NCBI GenBank assembly: GCA_031417555.1 | Contig: JANOVV010000065.1 | Coordinates: 6,566-70,565, forward strand | DNA: 64,000 nt | Source of the DNA: Bacteroidota bacterium | GTDB taxonomy: Bacteria; Bacteroidota; Bacteroidia; AKYH767-A; 2013-40CM-41-45 | Reading direction: 5' to 3' | Shown here: positions 10,772 through 20,391 of the stretch, piece after piece | Numbering within the stretch: position 1 is the first letter of the stretch | How the letters are laid out: each line of letters starts with the position of its first letter | Notes under the pieces: generated by a model | Told to the model about the DNA's origin: nothing | Databases searched by the model: none | The model's input: the letters and a program-made list of their open reading frames with translations, nothing else | Made by a program: the position numbers and the translations under genes

Positions 10772-12004
10772 TTAATAATGACAACGGGCACACTCTAATC
10801 CTCCAATAGTTTCAACAGTAATTAGAGAATCCGACAAGCCTTTGTTTAGTAATTTTTTATGCATATCGTCATAATAACCATTTCCTACCATCTTAACATT
10901 CGTCGTTCGATGACAATCAATACACCATTGCATAGTAAGAGGTGAATACTGCATAGCAACTGTCATACTATCCTGAACCTGACCATGACAAGTCTGACAT
11001 TCAATTTTTCCAACTACGAAATGTTGGCTATGATTAAAGTATGCGAAGTCGGGAAGATTATGAACACGCACCCATTGAATTGGTTTTTGATTCGGACCAT
11101 ACGTGCCTTTATCAGGATCGTAATCCAGAGCCTTATAAATTTTTGCAATTTCTGCAGTACCTGTTTCAGGACCTTTACGAACATACTTATGGCAATTCAT
11201 ACAAACATTTGCAGATGGTATTCCTGCAACTTTTCCTCTTTCAGCACCGCTATGACAATAAACACATGAAATCTGCATTTCACCGGCATGAAGTTTATGC
11301 GAGTAGGCAATTGGCTGATCCGGTGTATAGCCTTGAGAAATACCTATGGCCATTAAAGAATACCAGCCTTTAACACTACCGACGATAGTAAGGAAAATTA
11401 AAATTACAGCTATAAGTTTTTTATTCTGTCGAATCCATTCACGATTACGTTTCTTATTTGAAATCGGAGCAGGCTCAGGTATTCCTTCTTTATGTCGAAC
11501 CGCTTTTGCTAGAGTTTCCTGAACACGTCGAAGTACACCACTTAATAAATACAAAACAACGGCTGCAGCTAATAGCCAAGGCCAAATTGGTTTTTCATCA
11601 GCCGGTGCACTACCAGGAGGCGGAGGTGGCGGAGTTGCAGGAACTTTTACCTCTTCTGCTTTTACATAAGCAAGTATCGATTTGATTTCATCATCTTTCA
11701 GATTGAAAGATGTCATTGCAACTTTATTGTACTCGTTGAATAGCTTAACAGCATATTCATCGCCGCTTTTTATAACAGCTTGAGAATTCTTAATCCATTT
11801 TAATAACCATTCTTCATTCCTCCGCTTTGAAATTCCCATCAATGCAGGTCCGATTACCTTTTCTTTTACTGCATGACATGATTTACAATTTGCATTATAC
11901 AGAGCTTCGCCATCCTGAGCATTCGCCGAGGAAATTGAAAACAACGAAAGAAAAAATACGGTTAAAAGAAATGAAAAATACCTCTTTGTGTTCGGGTAAT
12001 CCAT
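10772..12004 (-). CDS. actA: Alternative complex III subunit ActA, multiheme cytochrome c. It has six CxxCH motifs: an N-terminal monoheme domain, a Pro-rich linker and TM helix, then a pentaheme domain.
   Basis: Signal peptide. CxxCH sites are CKSCH, CVYCH, CMNCH, CQTCH, CIDCH and CARCH. PPPPPPGSAP linker followed by a TM helix. First gene of the act cluster. Confidence 0.85.
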   Translation of the reverse strand: MDYPNTKRYFSFLLTVFFLSLFSISSANAQDGEALYNANCKSCHAVKEKVIGPALMGISKRRNEEWLLKWIKNSQAVIKSGDEYAVKLFNEYNKVAMTSFNLKDDEIKSILAYVKAEEVKVPATPPPPPPGSAPADEKPIWPWLLAAAVVLYLLSGVLRRVQETLAKAVRHKEGIPEPAPISNKKRNREWIRQNKKLIAVILIFLTIVGSVKGWYSLMAIGISQGYTPDQPIAYSHKLHAGEMQISCVYCHSGAERGKVAGIPSANVCMNCHKYVRKGPETGTAEIAKIYKALDYDPDKGTYGPNQKPIQWVRVHNLPDFAYFNHSQHFVVGKIECQTCHGQVQDSMTVAMQYSPLTMQWCIDCHRTTNVKMVGNGYYDDMHKKLLNKGLSDSLITVETIGGLECARCHY

Positions 12005-12320
12005 AGTATTTTTTTAGTCCACTAAATATTAACTTTCAAAACATCCAACCATCTTAATTAATAGGTCATTAAAATGTAAAGGGGTTTGAACGGGTGCAAA
12101 TTTATCAGAAACAAGCTTTCCCGAAAGTTTTTTTGAAAATTTTTTTAAAAAAACAATTGTATAAACTTTTGAAATTAAATAAATCTATAATTAATTGTAC
12201 AACCAAAGTTTTTGATAAGATAAACCCCCTTCACAAATACCTAACAAGGAACCTTTTAAAGTAAATTTCACCTTTAAAAAAATTTCACCCCTCATTACTG
12301 ATAATTGAATCCTCCCATTA

Positions 12321-12363
12321 CCCGATACCAGATACTCGATACCCGATACTCATTTCCGATACT
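12321..12363. repeat. Array of five GATAC motifs, four at 7-bp periodicity (CCCGATACCAGATACTCGATACCCGATACT...CCGATACT)
   Basis: Direct reading of the sequence. A related inverted copy (GTATC...GGTATCAGGTATCGGG) occurs at 57100-57130. Confidence 0.6.
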
Positions 12364-13108
12364 AAAAAACCCAATACAACACCGGTTTGCTTGGACTTGC
12401 ATCATTATCAAAGCTTGCAATCTGAAGATTGAGCAAATAATTTCCATCTTTTATTTCGTCTTGCACATATATCAATTCACTGATAGTGCAATCAATTCTT
12501 GGTGATTCAGGATAATTCCAGAATGCATGATGCGCCAACAATTTTCCGCTATCTTCTTCTTTATCAATACTTGGCAAATCCAATAACAAATGTTTTACAT
12601 GTAATGTTCTCAAGTAGTTCGCCGCACTCTCTTCCATATATGGCGGATTGGATCCTGAATAGTGGGCATTTATTTTTTTAATATTATTTGGTAATGTTCT
12701 GATTATTAAAGCTTCCGGACATTTTCCATTTAATATTTCTTCGAGATGACTTTTTTTAATAATCATGTCTAAGCCTTCGATCTCCGGCGTCACAGTAATT
12801 AATTGGGCTTCGAAGAAAAACCGGGTGAGACATTTATAAATTGGATACTTTTCGGAAGAAATATGTCCAACAGTTTCAGTATGAGTTCCATTACCATGTG
12901 GATTTATTGTTATCGTAAAAACATTGCAAGAACCACCCTGATTTACATCGCCAATAAAATTTCCTGATTTAAAAGGTTCAATTTTAATCGGTGGAATTTG
13001 AAATGCATTTACATTATCCTCGCCTGCTCTTATAGGAATAGATAAATCCAATGGCTTAGACAAATCAACAGAAAAGTTTTTTTGATCAATACGAATTGAA
13101 GCTATCAT
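12362..13108 (-). CDS. Cyclase-family protein (putative arylformamidase/kynurenine formamidase-like)
   Basis: 248 aa with HGNGTHTETVGH, resembling the HxGTHxDxPxH metal-binding motif of the cyclase/KynB family. Confidence 0.65.
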   Translation of the reverse strand: MIASIRIDQKNFSVDLSKPLDLSIPIRAGEDNVNAFQIPPIKIEPFKSGNFIGDVNQGGSCNVFTITINPHGNGTHTETVGHISSEKYPIYKCLTRFFFEAQLITVTPEIEGLDMIIKKSHLEEILNGKCPEALIIRTLPNNIKKINAHYSGSNPPYMEESAANYLRTLHVKHLLLDLPSIDKEEDSGKLLAHHAFWNYPESPRIDCTISELIYVQDEIKDGNYLLNLQIASFDNDASPSKPVLYWVF

Positions 13109-13128
13109 AGTTTAAAACTAATCAATAC

Positions 13129-13833
13129 TTATAAGGTAAATAAACTAGCAAAAAAGTATGCTGCAGCTCCCGCTAATACTCCAATCATCGTTGTCCTCAA
13201 TGCTCCTTTAATTGGATTCTGGCCTGTAACCTTACTTTTAAAATACCCAAAAAATAAGAGACAAAACACGGTTATGATTGCTGAATATAAAAGTCCCTTT
13301 TCCGGCGTTTCAGTAAAAATATAAGCCGAAAGAGGTACAATCCCTCCAACTATATAAGCCAACCCAATATTACGGGCACTTTGTCGTGCCCGGTTAATGT
13401 CAGGTTTATCAAGTCCTAGTTCAAAACGCATCATGAAATCTACCCATTTATCACGATCCTTTTCCATTTCATTCATAATGATTTCTTGAGATTCTCCGGA
13501 TAAACCATAGCCTGCAAAAATTTCTTTTACCTCTCTTCGCTCAGTCTCATAATGCGTTTCAATCTCTTTATACTCTCTCTTTAATTCTGAATCATAATGT
13601 TCAATTTCAGTCTTTCCTGCCAGGTATCCTCCTAATCCCATTGCGATAGAACCGGCAATAATTTCTGCAAGACCTGCAGTTACTATTATTGTATTGGTAT
13701 TTACAACACTACTTAACCCTGCTGCAAGCGCAAAAGGAACAGTCAAACCATCAGACATGCCAATAACTATATCCCGGATAGTGTCTGACTGCCGAAAATG
13801 TTCTTCATGATGATGATCCGTTGGTCCGTGCAT
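13129..13833 (-). CDS. VIT1/CCC1-family iron/manganese transporter (N-terminal His/Glu-rich region)
   Basis: 234 aa, N-terminal MHGPTDHHHEEH, membrane domain RDIVIGMSDGLTVPFALAAGL typical of the VIT family. Confidence 0.75.
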   Translation of the reverse strand: MHGPTDHHHEEHFRQSDTIRDIVIGMSDGLTVPFALAAGLSSVVNTNTIIVTAGLAEIIAGSIAMGLGGYLAGKTEIEHYDSELKREYKEIETHYETERREVKEIFAGYGLSGESQEIIMNEMEKDRDKWVDFMMRFELGLDKPDINRARQSARNIGLAYIVGGIVPLSAYIFTETPEKGLLYSAIITVFCLLFFGYFKSKVTGQNPIKGALRTTMIGVLAGAAAYFFASLFTL

Positions 13834-13922
13834 ATTTATTATTTATAAATCGTATGACAAAGGAAAGCAATTTGCAGATGATGTCTTCTTTATTTGAAAA
13901 TTCTATTTTAATAGAACTTAAC

Positions 13923-15068
13923 TCAAGCGTTATAATTTTTAATATCTGATATCCCGATTATTTTATTTACAACATAATTAATTTCATCTTCAGTAGTAAA
14001 TCTTCCTAATGAAAACCTGATTGAAGAAAAAGCATCATCATTACTTAATCCCATTGATAATAGAACATGCGATGGTTCCGGCAATGCTGATGTACATGCG
14101 CTTCCGGTTGCCAGAGCGATTTCGGGCATTAAAAGTAAAAGTTTCTCTGCTTTCAATCCTTTAAAACATAAATTGGATGTATTCGGAAGTCTGTTTTTAA
14201 TACTTCCGTTAATAAAAACTTTTCCATTTTCTGTGAGCCTCTGTTCAAGTACTGTTCTTAAATAAGAAAGACGAGAAGAATCTTCCCAATAACTTTCTCC
14301 TGCAAGTTCACAGGCTTTACCTAATCCAACAATACCGGGAACATTTAATGTCCCGCTTCGAAGATTTTTTTCATGACCTCCGCCATCAATCTGACCTATA
14401 AGAGTAACACGCGGATTTTTTCTTCTAATATATAACGCACCAATTCCTTTGGGTCCATAAATTTTATGTGCTGAAAGACACAGAAGATCAGCATTCAATT
14501 CATTCACATCCGTTCTTATTTTACCGCATGCCTGTGTTGCATCTGTAAACAATAAAGTTCCCTTTTTGTGAGCGATATCTGCAATTTCTTTTATTGGCTG
14601 AATGACTCCAGTTTCATTATTTGCGAGCATAACACAAACAAGAATTGTATCGGGGCGAATTGAAGAATCTAACTTTATTAGATCAATCGTCCCATCTTTA
14701 AATACAGGCAACACTGTAATTTCAAAACCTTGCTTTTCGAGATGCTTGCAAGTATCAAGTACCGCTTTATGTTCGCTTGAAACAGTAATTATATGTTTCC
14801 CTTTAGAACTATAGGCCTCTGCAACTCCTTTGATACCGAGATTTATTGCTTCCGTAGCCCCTGATGTAAAAACAATTTCGCTTTCACCACAATTTAAAAA
14901 ATCAGAAACTTGTTTTCTTGCATTCTTAACAGCCTCTTCTGCCAACCAACCATACGAATGAGTTTTACTTGCCGCATTACCGAATTTATCAGTAAAAAAA
15001 GGAATCATGTTTTCAAGAACACGTTTATCTACCGGCGTAGTTGAATTGTAATCGAGGTAGATATTCAT
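13923..15068 (-). CDS. Cysteine desulfurase (NifS/IscS-like, aminotransferase class V)
   Basis: 381 aa with the PLP-lysine region SAHKIYGPKGIGALYIRR and active-site Cys region ATGSACTS. Confidence 0.85.
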   Translation of the reverse strand: MNIYLDYNSTTPVDKRVLENMIPFFTDKFGNAASKTHSYGWLAEEAVKNARKQVSDFLNCGESEIVFTSGATEAINLGIKGVAEAYSSKGKHIITVSSEHKAVLDTCKHLEKQGFEITVLPVFKDGTIDLIKLDSSIRPDTILVCVMLANNETGVIQPIKEIADIAHKKGTLLFTDATQACGKIRTDVNELNADLLCLSAHKIYGPKGIGALYIRRKNPRVTLIGQIDGGGHEKNLRSGTLNVPGIVGLGKACELAGESYWEDSSRLSYLRTVLEQRLTENGKVFINGSIKNRLPNTSNLCFKGLKAEKLLLLMPEIALATGSACTSALPEPSHVLLSMGLSNDDAFSSIRFSLGRFTTEDEINYVVNKIIGISDIKNYNA

Positions 15069-15193
15069 TGTGGGAAGTTGGTTATTTGTTAATAGTAAAT
15101 CGTTAATCGTTAATCGTTAAAATAATTGTTTTGACCATTTTATTTTAATTGTTTTAAGGCATTCGTTTTTCTTTATAATTACCATTAACCACT

Positions 15194-16042
15194 TCACGAC
15201 AATTGTATGTTATCAATCAATCTGATATCCTCACAATAAACGGCGGCAAAACATCGGAAGTGTTTTTTAGGATTCCAATCATTTATCGGCTGCAATGATT
15301 CTTCTTCCGAAATTTCTACATATTCTACTTTTAATTTTCCGGAAGATTCAATCATTTCAATTGCTCTTTCTTTTATATCAGCAGGGTTAAATTTTTTCCA
15401 GTTTTCTTTTACATAAAATAATGTCTTAGAAATCTCTACAGCATCCTGCAACCCTTTTTTGGAAAGTTTCAGATTTCTGGAACTCATTGCCAATCCGCTT
15501 TTTTCTCTTACAGTCGGACAAGCAATAATTTCAACCGGGAAATGAATTTTATTGACCATTAAACGAATGACTGCCAACTGCTGAAAATCTTTTTCACCAA
15601 AATAGGCTTTTTGCGGTTTAACTATTTCAAATAATTTTGAAACTATTTGCACAACTCCATCAAAATGACCGGGACGATGAATCCCTTCCATCACATCCGC
15701 AATCTGACCTAACTCTAAAACATTTTTCTTAATAGTATCAGGATTATATATTTCCTCCACAATTGGAGAGAAAATAATATCGACATTATTTTCTCTCAAC
15801 ATTTTTTCATCCTCTTTGGGTGTTCGGGGATAATTTTTTAAATCTTCAGGATTATTAAATTGAGTTGGGTTAACGAATATGCTAACAACTACAATGTCAT
15901 TTTCTTTTTTTGCTCTATTTACAAGAGATATATGACCCTCATGCAAGGCTCCCATCGTTGGAACAAAGCCGATTTTCTTTTTCTGGCTTCTATATTTTTC
16001 TAAATAAACCGACAATTCACTGATTTTATTAATTATTAGCAT
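15194..16042 (-). CDS. panC: Pantoate--beta-alanine ligase
   Basis: 282 aa, N-terminal PTMGALHEGHISLV (HIGH-class motif of PanC). Confidence 0.9.
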   Translation of the reverse strand: MLIINKISELSVYLEKYRSQKKKIGFVPTMGALHEGHISLVNRAKKENDIVVVSIFVNPTQFNNPEDLKNYPRTPKEDEKMLRENNVDIIFSPIVEEIYNPDTIKKNVLELGQIADVMEGIHRPGHFDGVVQIVSKLFEIVKPQKAYFGEKDFQQLAVIRLMVNKIHFPVEIIACPTVREKSGLAMSSRNLKLSKKGLQDAVEISKTLFYVKENWKKFNPADIKERAIEMIESSGKLKVEYVEISEEESLQPINDWNPKKHFRCFAAVYCEDIRLIDNIQLS

Positions 16043-16205
16043 TTTATGTTCGTTTAAAATGGTATTATTTGGATTAGTTGATATTATACGCTTGAATTCT
16101 AATTATCAATGCATTACATCAATAATAATTGCAAAAATGAATAAATAAACCCGCTTTTTCGTTCCTTCAGTCAATATAAGGCTTGAAGGACTGCCTCAAA
16201 AAGCT

Positions 16206-16213
16206 TATCTTTG
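16206..16213 (+). promoter_or_regulatory. Candidate Bacteroidota sigma-A -7 element (TATCTTTG, consensus TAnnTTTG), about 29 bp upstream of the 16242 ATG
   Basis: Motif read directly. Consensus known from Bacteroides/Flavobacterium promoters. No matching -33 TTG was checked rigorously. Confidence 0.3.
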
Positions 16214-16241
16214 CGTCAAATTTATAAATCCAACCTCAAGA

Positions 16242-17078
16242 ATGAAGAAAGCAAAAGTTTTATTTGTTTCCCAGGAAATTACACCCTTCCTTGAGTTGAC
16301 AGAAATATCAAAAATCGCCCGTCATCTACCACAGGGGATTCAAGAGAGAGGGAAAGAAATCCGGACTTTCATGCCACGTTTCGGTTTGATTAATGAGAGA
16401 CGCAATCAATTACACGAAGTAATTCGCTTATCCGGTATGAATCTTATCATCGACGATTCTGATCATCCATTGATTATTAAAGTTGCTTCTATTCAAAGTG
16501 CCAGAATGCAAGTATACTTTATAGATAATGAAGAATATTTTCAGCGTAAATCGGTTTTTCGTGATGCCAAGAAAAAATTTCATAAAGACAACGAAGACAG
16601 AATGGTGTTTTTCTGTCGCGGAGTTCTCGAAACCGTTAAAAAACTAGGCTGGGCTCCTGATGTTATTCATTGCCACGGCTGGATGACTTCTTTAATTCCT
16701 TTCTTCGTGAAAACTGGATATAAAGATGATCCTATGTTTAAGAATAGCCGTGTCGTTTATTCTTCTTATTCTCAGGAATTTGAAGAAACAATGTCTCCAA
16801 ATCTCGTTAAAAAAATGAAAATGGATGGCGTTACAGCTGACGATCTTAAACTTTACAAAGATCCTACAATGGTTAATATAGACATCGCAGCTATGAAATG
16901 GTGTGATGGAATTGTAAAAGGAAATGACGAGAAAAATGCTGCAGTAGATGCTTTTCTAAAAAAAGCCAATAAACCCGTTTTACAATTTCAAACATTTGAA
17001 GACGATAACGGTTTTGTTTCTGCTTGCTCCGATTTCTATGATGAACTCCTCGAACAAGAACCTGTACTTACTAATTAA
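16242..17078 (+). CDS. Glycogen/starch synthase N-terminal (GT5) domain-like protein, short form
   Basis: 278 aa. N-terminus KVLFVSQEITPF...FMPRFG resembles the start of ADP-glucose-type glycogen synthases but the protein is truncated relative to full GlgA. Confidence 0.5.
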   Translation: MKKAKVLFVSQEITPFLELTEISKIARHLPQGIQERGKEIRTFMPRFGLINERRNQLHEVIRLSGMNLIIDDSDHPLIIKVASIQSARMQVYFIDNEEYFQRKSVFRDAKKKFHKDNEDRMVFFCRGVLETVKKLGWAPDVIHCHGWMTSLIPFFVKTGYKDDPMFKNSRVVYSSYSQEFEETMSPNLVKKMKMDGVTADDLKLYKDPTMVNIDIAAMKWCDGIVKGNDEKNAAVDAFLKKANKPVLQFQTFEDDNGFVSACSDFYDELLEQEPVLTN

Positions 17079-17121
17079 GAATGAACAATTTTTTCCGGTT
17101 CTCCCCATTGCCGGTTAGGTT

Positions 17122-18453
17122 TTGAAAGAAATAAATCAAGTTTTTAGTTTATTTAAAAAAAGGATTTCCTCCATAATTGTTTGGAAGAAATCCTTTTTAA
17201 TACTACTCTTATCTTCATTCATCGTATTTATCGCCGGCGGATGTAAAGACGAAGATGAGCTTGGTACATCTTTACTCCCCACCGCTGATCAACTTTACAC
17301 TTCTTTTAACGACACTTCAACTGTAAATTCTTCCACACAAACGGAAGATTCCCTTCGTACAGATGAATTATCCTATCAATTGCTCGGAAGCGACGACGAT
17401 CCGGTTTTTGGTGTTAGCGTGGCATCAGTTTATACCAGTGTTAACCTGGAAGGTACGCCAACATTCGGCTTTCAGCCTGTCGCAGATTCTTTAATTCTTA
17501 TTCTTGCATATGCAGGATATTACGGTGATACATCCGGTTCTCAAACTTTAAACGTCTATAACTTAACAGAAGATATTCATATCGACAGTTCATACTATTC
17601 ATCAAAAATTTTTACAAACGATCCAACCGCTATTGGATCTCTTGTTTATACTCCTCGTCCAAAAACAAAAGTCGTTGTGGGTTCTGATACACTTTCTCCT
17701 CATTTACGGATTACTTTAAGCAAAACTTTGGCCGACAGCATTGTAGCATTAAATGGCAAAACCGAACTTTCTTCCAATGCGAATTGGCTGGCTTATTTTA
17801 AGGGCCTTTACCTTGCCTCTTTGCCTGTCAATTCACCCGGAGCCATATCGTATTTCAACTTTTTCAGCTCTAAACTCACGCTTTATTTTCATGATACGTC
17901 GTTAATTAGTAAAAATTATAATTTTTCCCTTGCAGGTGCCCGAATTAATAATTTTACGCATAATTATATGGGAACTCCAGTCGGTAATCAGCTGGCTGAT
18001 TCATCAATTGGTGATTCTGTTAATTACATTCAGGCAATGGCCGGGGTAAAAACAAAAATTTCGTTCCCATTTCTGAAACATTTTCTTGACTCTGGCAGTA
18101 TTCTATTAAACAGAGCGGAATTAAAGATTACCACGGGCGAATTAATTCTCCCGTACAATCCTCCCTCTAAAATATTTCTTGTCACAAAAAACGAAAGCGG
18201 CGAAATGGTTTTTCCAATTGATTATTTTGAATCAGCCGATTTGTACGGTGGAAATCTGAATACAACCTCTGATGGATATACATTTAATATTGCCCGTCAT
18301 CTTCAAAGATATCTCAATGGCACTATCAGCAATACCGATTTCTACCTTATTATTTCCGGAAGCGGCGTCGAAGCTAACAGAGCTATTATTAAAAGCGGTA
18401 GTAATTCAAATACAAAAATGAAACTTTCTCTTTTCTATACTAAACTGTACTAA
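17122..18453 (+). CDS. Lipoprotein of unknown function (DUF4270-like)
   Basis: 443 aa, signal peptide with lipobox (IAGGC), Ser/Thr-rich. The family call is from memory of Bacteroidota gene neighbourhoods only. Confidence 0.4.
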   Translation: MKEINQVFSLFKKRISSIIVWKKSFLILLLSSFIVFIAGGCKDEDELGTSLLPTADQLYTSFNDTSTVNSSTQTEDSLRTDELSYQLLGSDDDPVFGVSVASVYTSVNLEGTPTFGFQPVADSLILILAYAGYYGDTSGSQTLNVYNLTEDIHIDSSYYSSKIFTNDPTAIGSLVYTPRPKTKVVVGSDTLSPHLRITLSKTLADSIVALNGKTELSSNANWLAYFKGLYLASLPVNSPGAISYFNFFSSKLTLYFHDTSLISKNYNFSLAGARINNFTHNYMGTPVGNQLADSSIGDSVNYIQAMAGVKTKISFPFLKHFLDSGSILLNRAELKITTGELILPYNPPSKIFLVTKNESGEMVFPIDYFESADLYGGNLNTTSDGYTFNIARHLQRYLNGTISNTDFYLIISGSGVEANRAIIKSGSNSNTKMKLSLFYTKLY

Positions 18454-18464
18454 TAATAAAGATC

Positions 18465-20306
18465 ATGTGTGGAATTGTCGCTTATATCGGACATCGTGAT
18501 GTGTATCCGATTCTGATCAAAGGTTTACAACGATTAGAATATCGTGGTTATGATAGCGCAGGTATTGCCATATTAAATCATGACCTGAAAGTTTATAAAA
18601 AAGCAGGTAAGGTAAGCGAGCTTATAAATTTTACCAAAGGCAAAGATGTAAGCGGTCATGTTGGTATGGGACATACCCGTTGGGCAACGCACGGTGAACC
18701 AAACGATAGAAATGCTCACCCACATTATTCTCAATCCGAAAAATTAGCTGTCATACATAATGGTATCATCGAAAATTATTCTTCTATCAAAGCAGAATTA
18801 ATTAAGCGCGGACATACATTCAATAGTGATACAGACACAGAAGTTTTAATTCATCTGATTGAAGACATTCATGACAATGCTCATGTTTCGCTCGATGAAG
18901 CTGTTCGTCTTGCCCTTGGTGAAGTAATCGGAGCATATGCTATCGTTGTACTTTCAAAAGACAATCCAAACGAACTCATCTGTGCAAGAAAAGGTAGTCC
19001 GATAGTTTTAGGTGTTGGTAAAGAAAAAAATGAATTCTTTATCGCCTCTGATGCCACGCCGATTATTGAATATACTAATAATGTAATATATCTTAATGAT
19101 GGCGAAGTTGCTTTCATTCGCGACGGACAGCTCACAGTAAAGACCATTGACAATCAGGTTAAATCTCCTTACATCCATGAACTGGAATTAAAACTCGAAC
19201 AACTTGAAAAAGGCGGTTACGAGCATTTCATGTTGAAAGAGATTTACGAACAACCACGCTCCATCTGGGACAGTATGCGTGGAAGGATTGATTCAAAAAA
19301 AGGATTTCTTCGTTTAGGTGGCGTTGCAGAATACGAAACCAAATTTACCAAAGCGAAAAGGATCGTTATTATCGGCTGCGGAACATCCTGGCATGCCGGA
19401 CTTGTCGCAGAATATCTGATTGAAGATCTTGCACGAATTCCTGTAGAGGTAGAATATGCATCTGAATTCCGTTACCGCAATCCTGTAATTTATGAAGATG
19501 ATATTGTACTCGCTATTTCACAATCAGGAGAAACAGCAGATACATTAGCAGCTATCGAACTCGCCAAATCAAAAGGAGCAACTATTTTCGGAGTATGTAA
19601 TGTTGTCGGTTCATCCATTCCGCGAGCTACACATGCGGGAGCATATACCCATGCAGGCCCTGAGATTGGCGTGGCTTCAACAAAAGCATTCACTGCACAA
19701 GTAACTGTTCTTACTTTGATCGCTTTGCAAATTGCCCGATACAAAGGAACGATTACCGATTCCAGATTTCATCAGTTAATGACTGAGTTGGAAGCAATTC
19801 CTGCAAAAGTTGAAAAAGTTCTTGGTACCAATGATATTATCAAAACCCTTGCAGCTAAATTCAAAGATGCACGCAATGTACTATATCTTGGAAGAGGTTA
19901 TGGATTTCCTGTAGCACTCGAAGGCGCATTAAAACTAAAAGAAATTTCTTACATCCATGCTGAAGGATATCCTGCAGCAGAAATGAAGCATGGCCCCATT
20001 GCTCTCATCGACGAAAACATGCCTGTCCTTGTTATTGCAAATAAGAATGAAACGTATGAAAAAGTAGTCAGCAATATTCAAGAGGTAAAAGCGCGTAAGG
20101 GAAAAATAATTGCAATAGTAACTGAAGGCGATACCATTGTAAAAAAATTAGCAGACTATGTAATCGAAATTCCGGATGCTGATGATCTTCTCATGCCTTT
20201 GATTGCAGTTGTTCCTCTGCAACTTTTGTCATACCACATTGCCGTCATGCGCGGTTGTAACGTTGATCAGCCTAGAAACCTCGCTAAATCAGTAACTGTG
20301 GAATAA
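18465..20306 (+). CDS. glmS: Glutamine--fructose-6-phosphate aminotransferase (isomerizing)
   Basis: 613 aa, N-terminal MCGIVAYIG (Cys1 nucleophile of class II amidotransferase), two SIS domains, C-terminal ...AKSVTVE. Confidence 0.95.
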   Translation: MCGIVAYIGHRDVYPILIKGLQRLEYRGYDSAGIAILNHDLKVYKKAGKVSELINFTKGKDVSGHVGMGHTRWATHGEPNDRNAHPHYSQSEKLAVIHNGIIENYSSIKAELIKRGHTFNSDTDTEVLIHLIEDIHDNAHVSLDEAVRLALGEVIGAYAIVVLSKDNPNELICARKGSPIVLGVGKEKNEFFIASDATPIIEYTNNVIYLNDGEVAFIRDGQLTVKTIDNQVKSPYIHELELKLEQLEKGGYEHFMLKEIYEQPRSIWDSMRGRIDSKKGFLRLGGVAEYETKFTKAKRIVIIGCGTSWHAGLVAEYLIEDLARIPVEVEYASEFRYRNPVIYEDDIVLAISQSGETADTLAAIELAKSKGATIFGVCNVVGSSIPRATHAGAYTHAGPEIGVASTKAFTAQVTVLTLIALQIARYKGTITDSRFHQLMTELEAIPAKVEKVLGTNDIIKTLAAKFKDARNVLYLGRGYGFPVALEGALKLKEISYIHAEGYPAAEMKHGPIALIDENMPVLVIANKNETYEKVVSNIQEVKARKGKIIAIVTEGDTIVKKLADYVIEIPDADDLLMPLIAVVPLQLLSYHIAVMRGCNVDQPRNLAKSVTVE

Positions 20307-20391
20307 TTCCGGGAACATCTGGCCGAACTTTTATTTTTGACTGTTGTTTGATTATTTATTCTACATTGTAGTTGTATTAATCTTAAACGCC

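Noticed and set aside
12005-12320. Looked for a clear promoter or regulatory palindrome upstream of actA
   Set aside because: Only weak TTTG-containing matches were found. I could not support a specific -7/-33 pair by eye.
15096-15126. Possible CRISPR array from the (AATCGTT)3 repeat, and elsewhere
   Set aside because: The units are only 7 bp with no spacers. I saw no 25-40 bp repeat/spacer alternation anywhere in the window and no cas genes.
18454-18464. glmS ribozyme upstream of glmS
   Set aside because: There are only 11 nt between the preceding ORF and the glmS start, which leaves no room for a ribozyme. The glmS ribozyme is in any case characteristic of Gram-positives.
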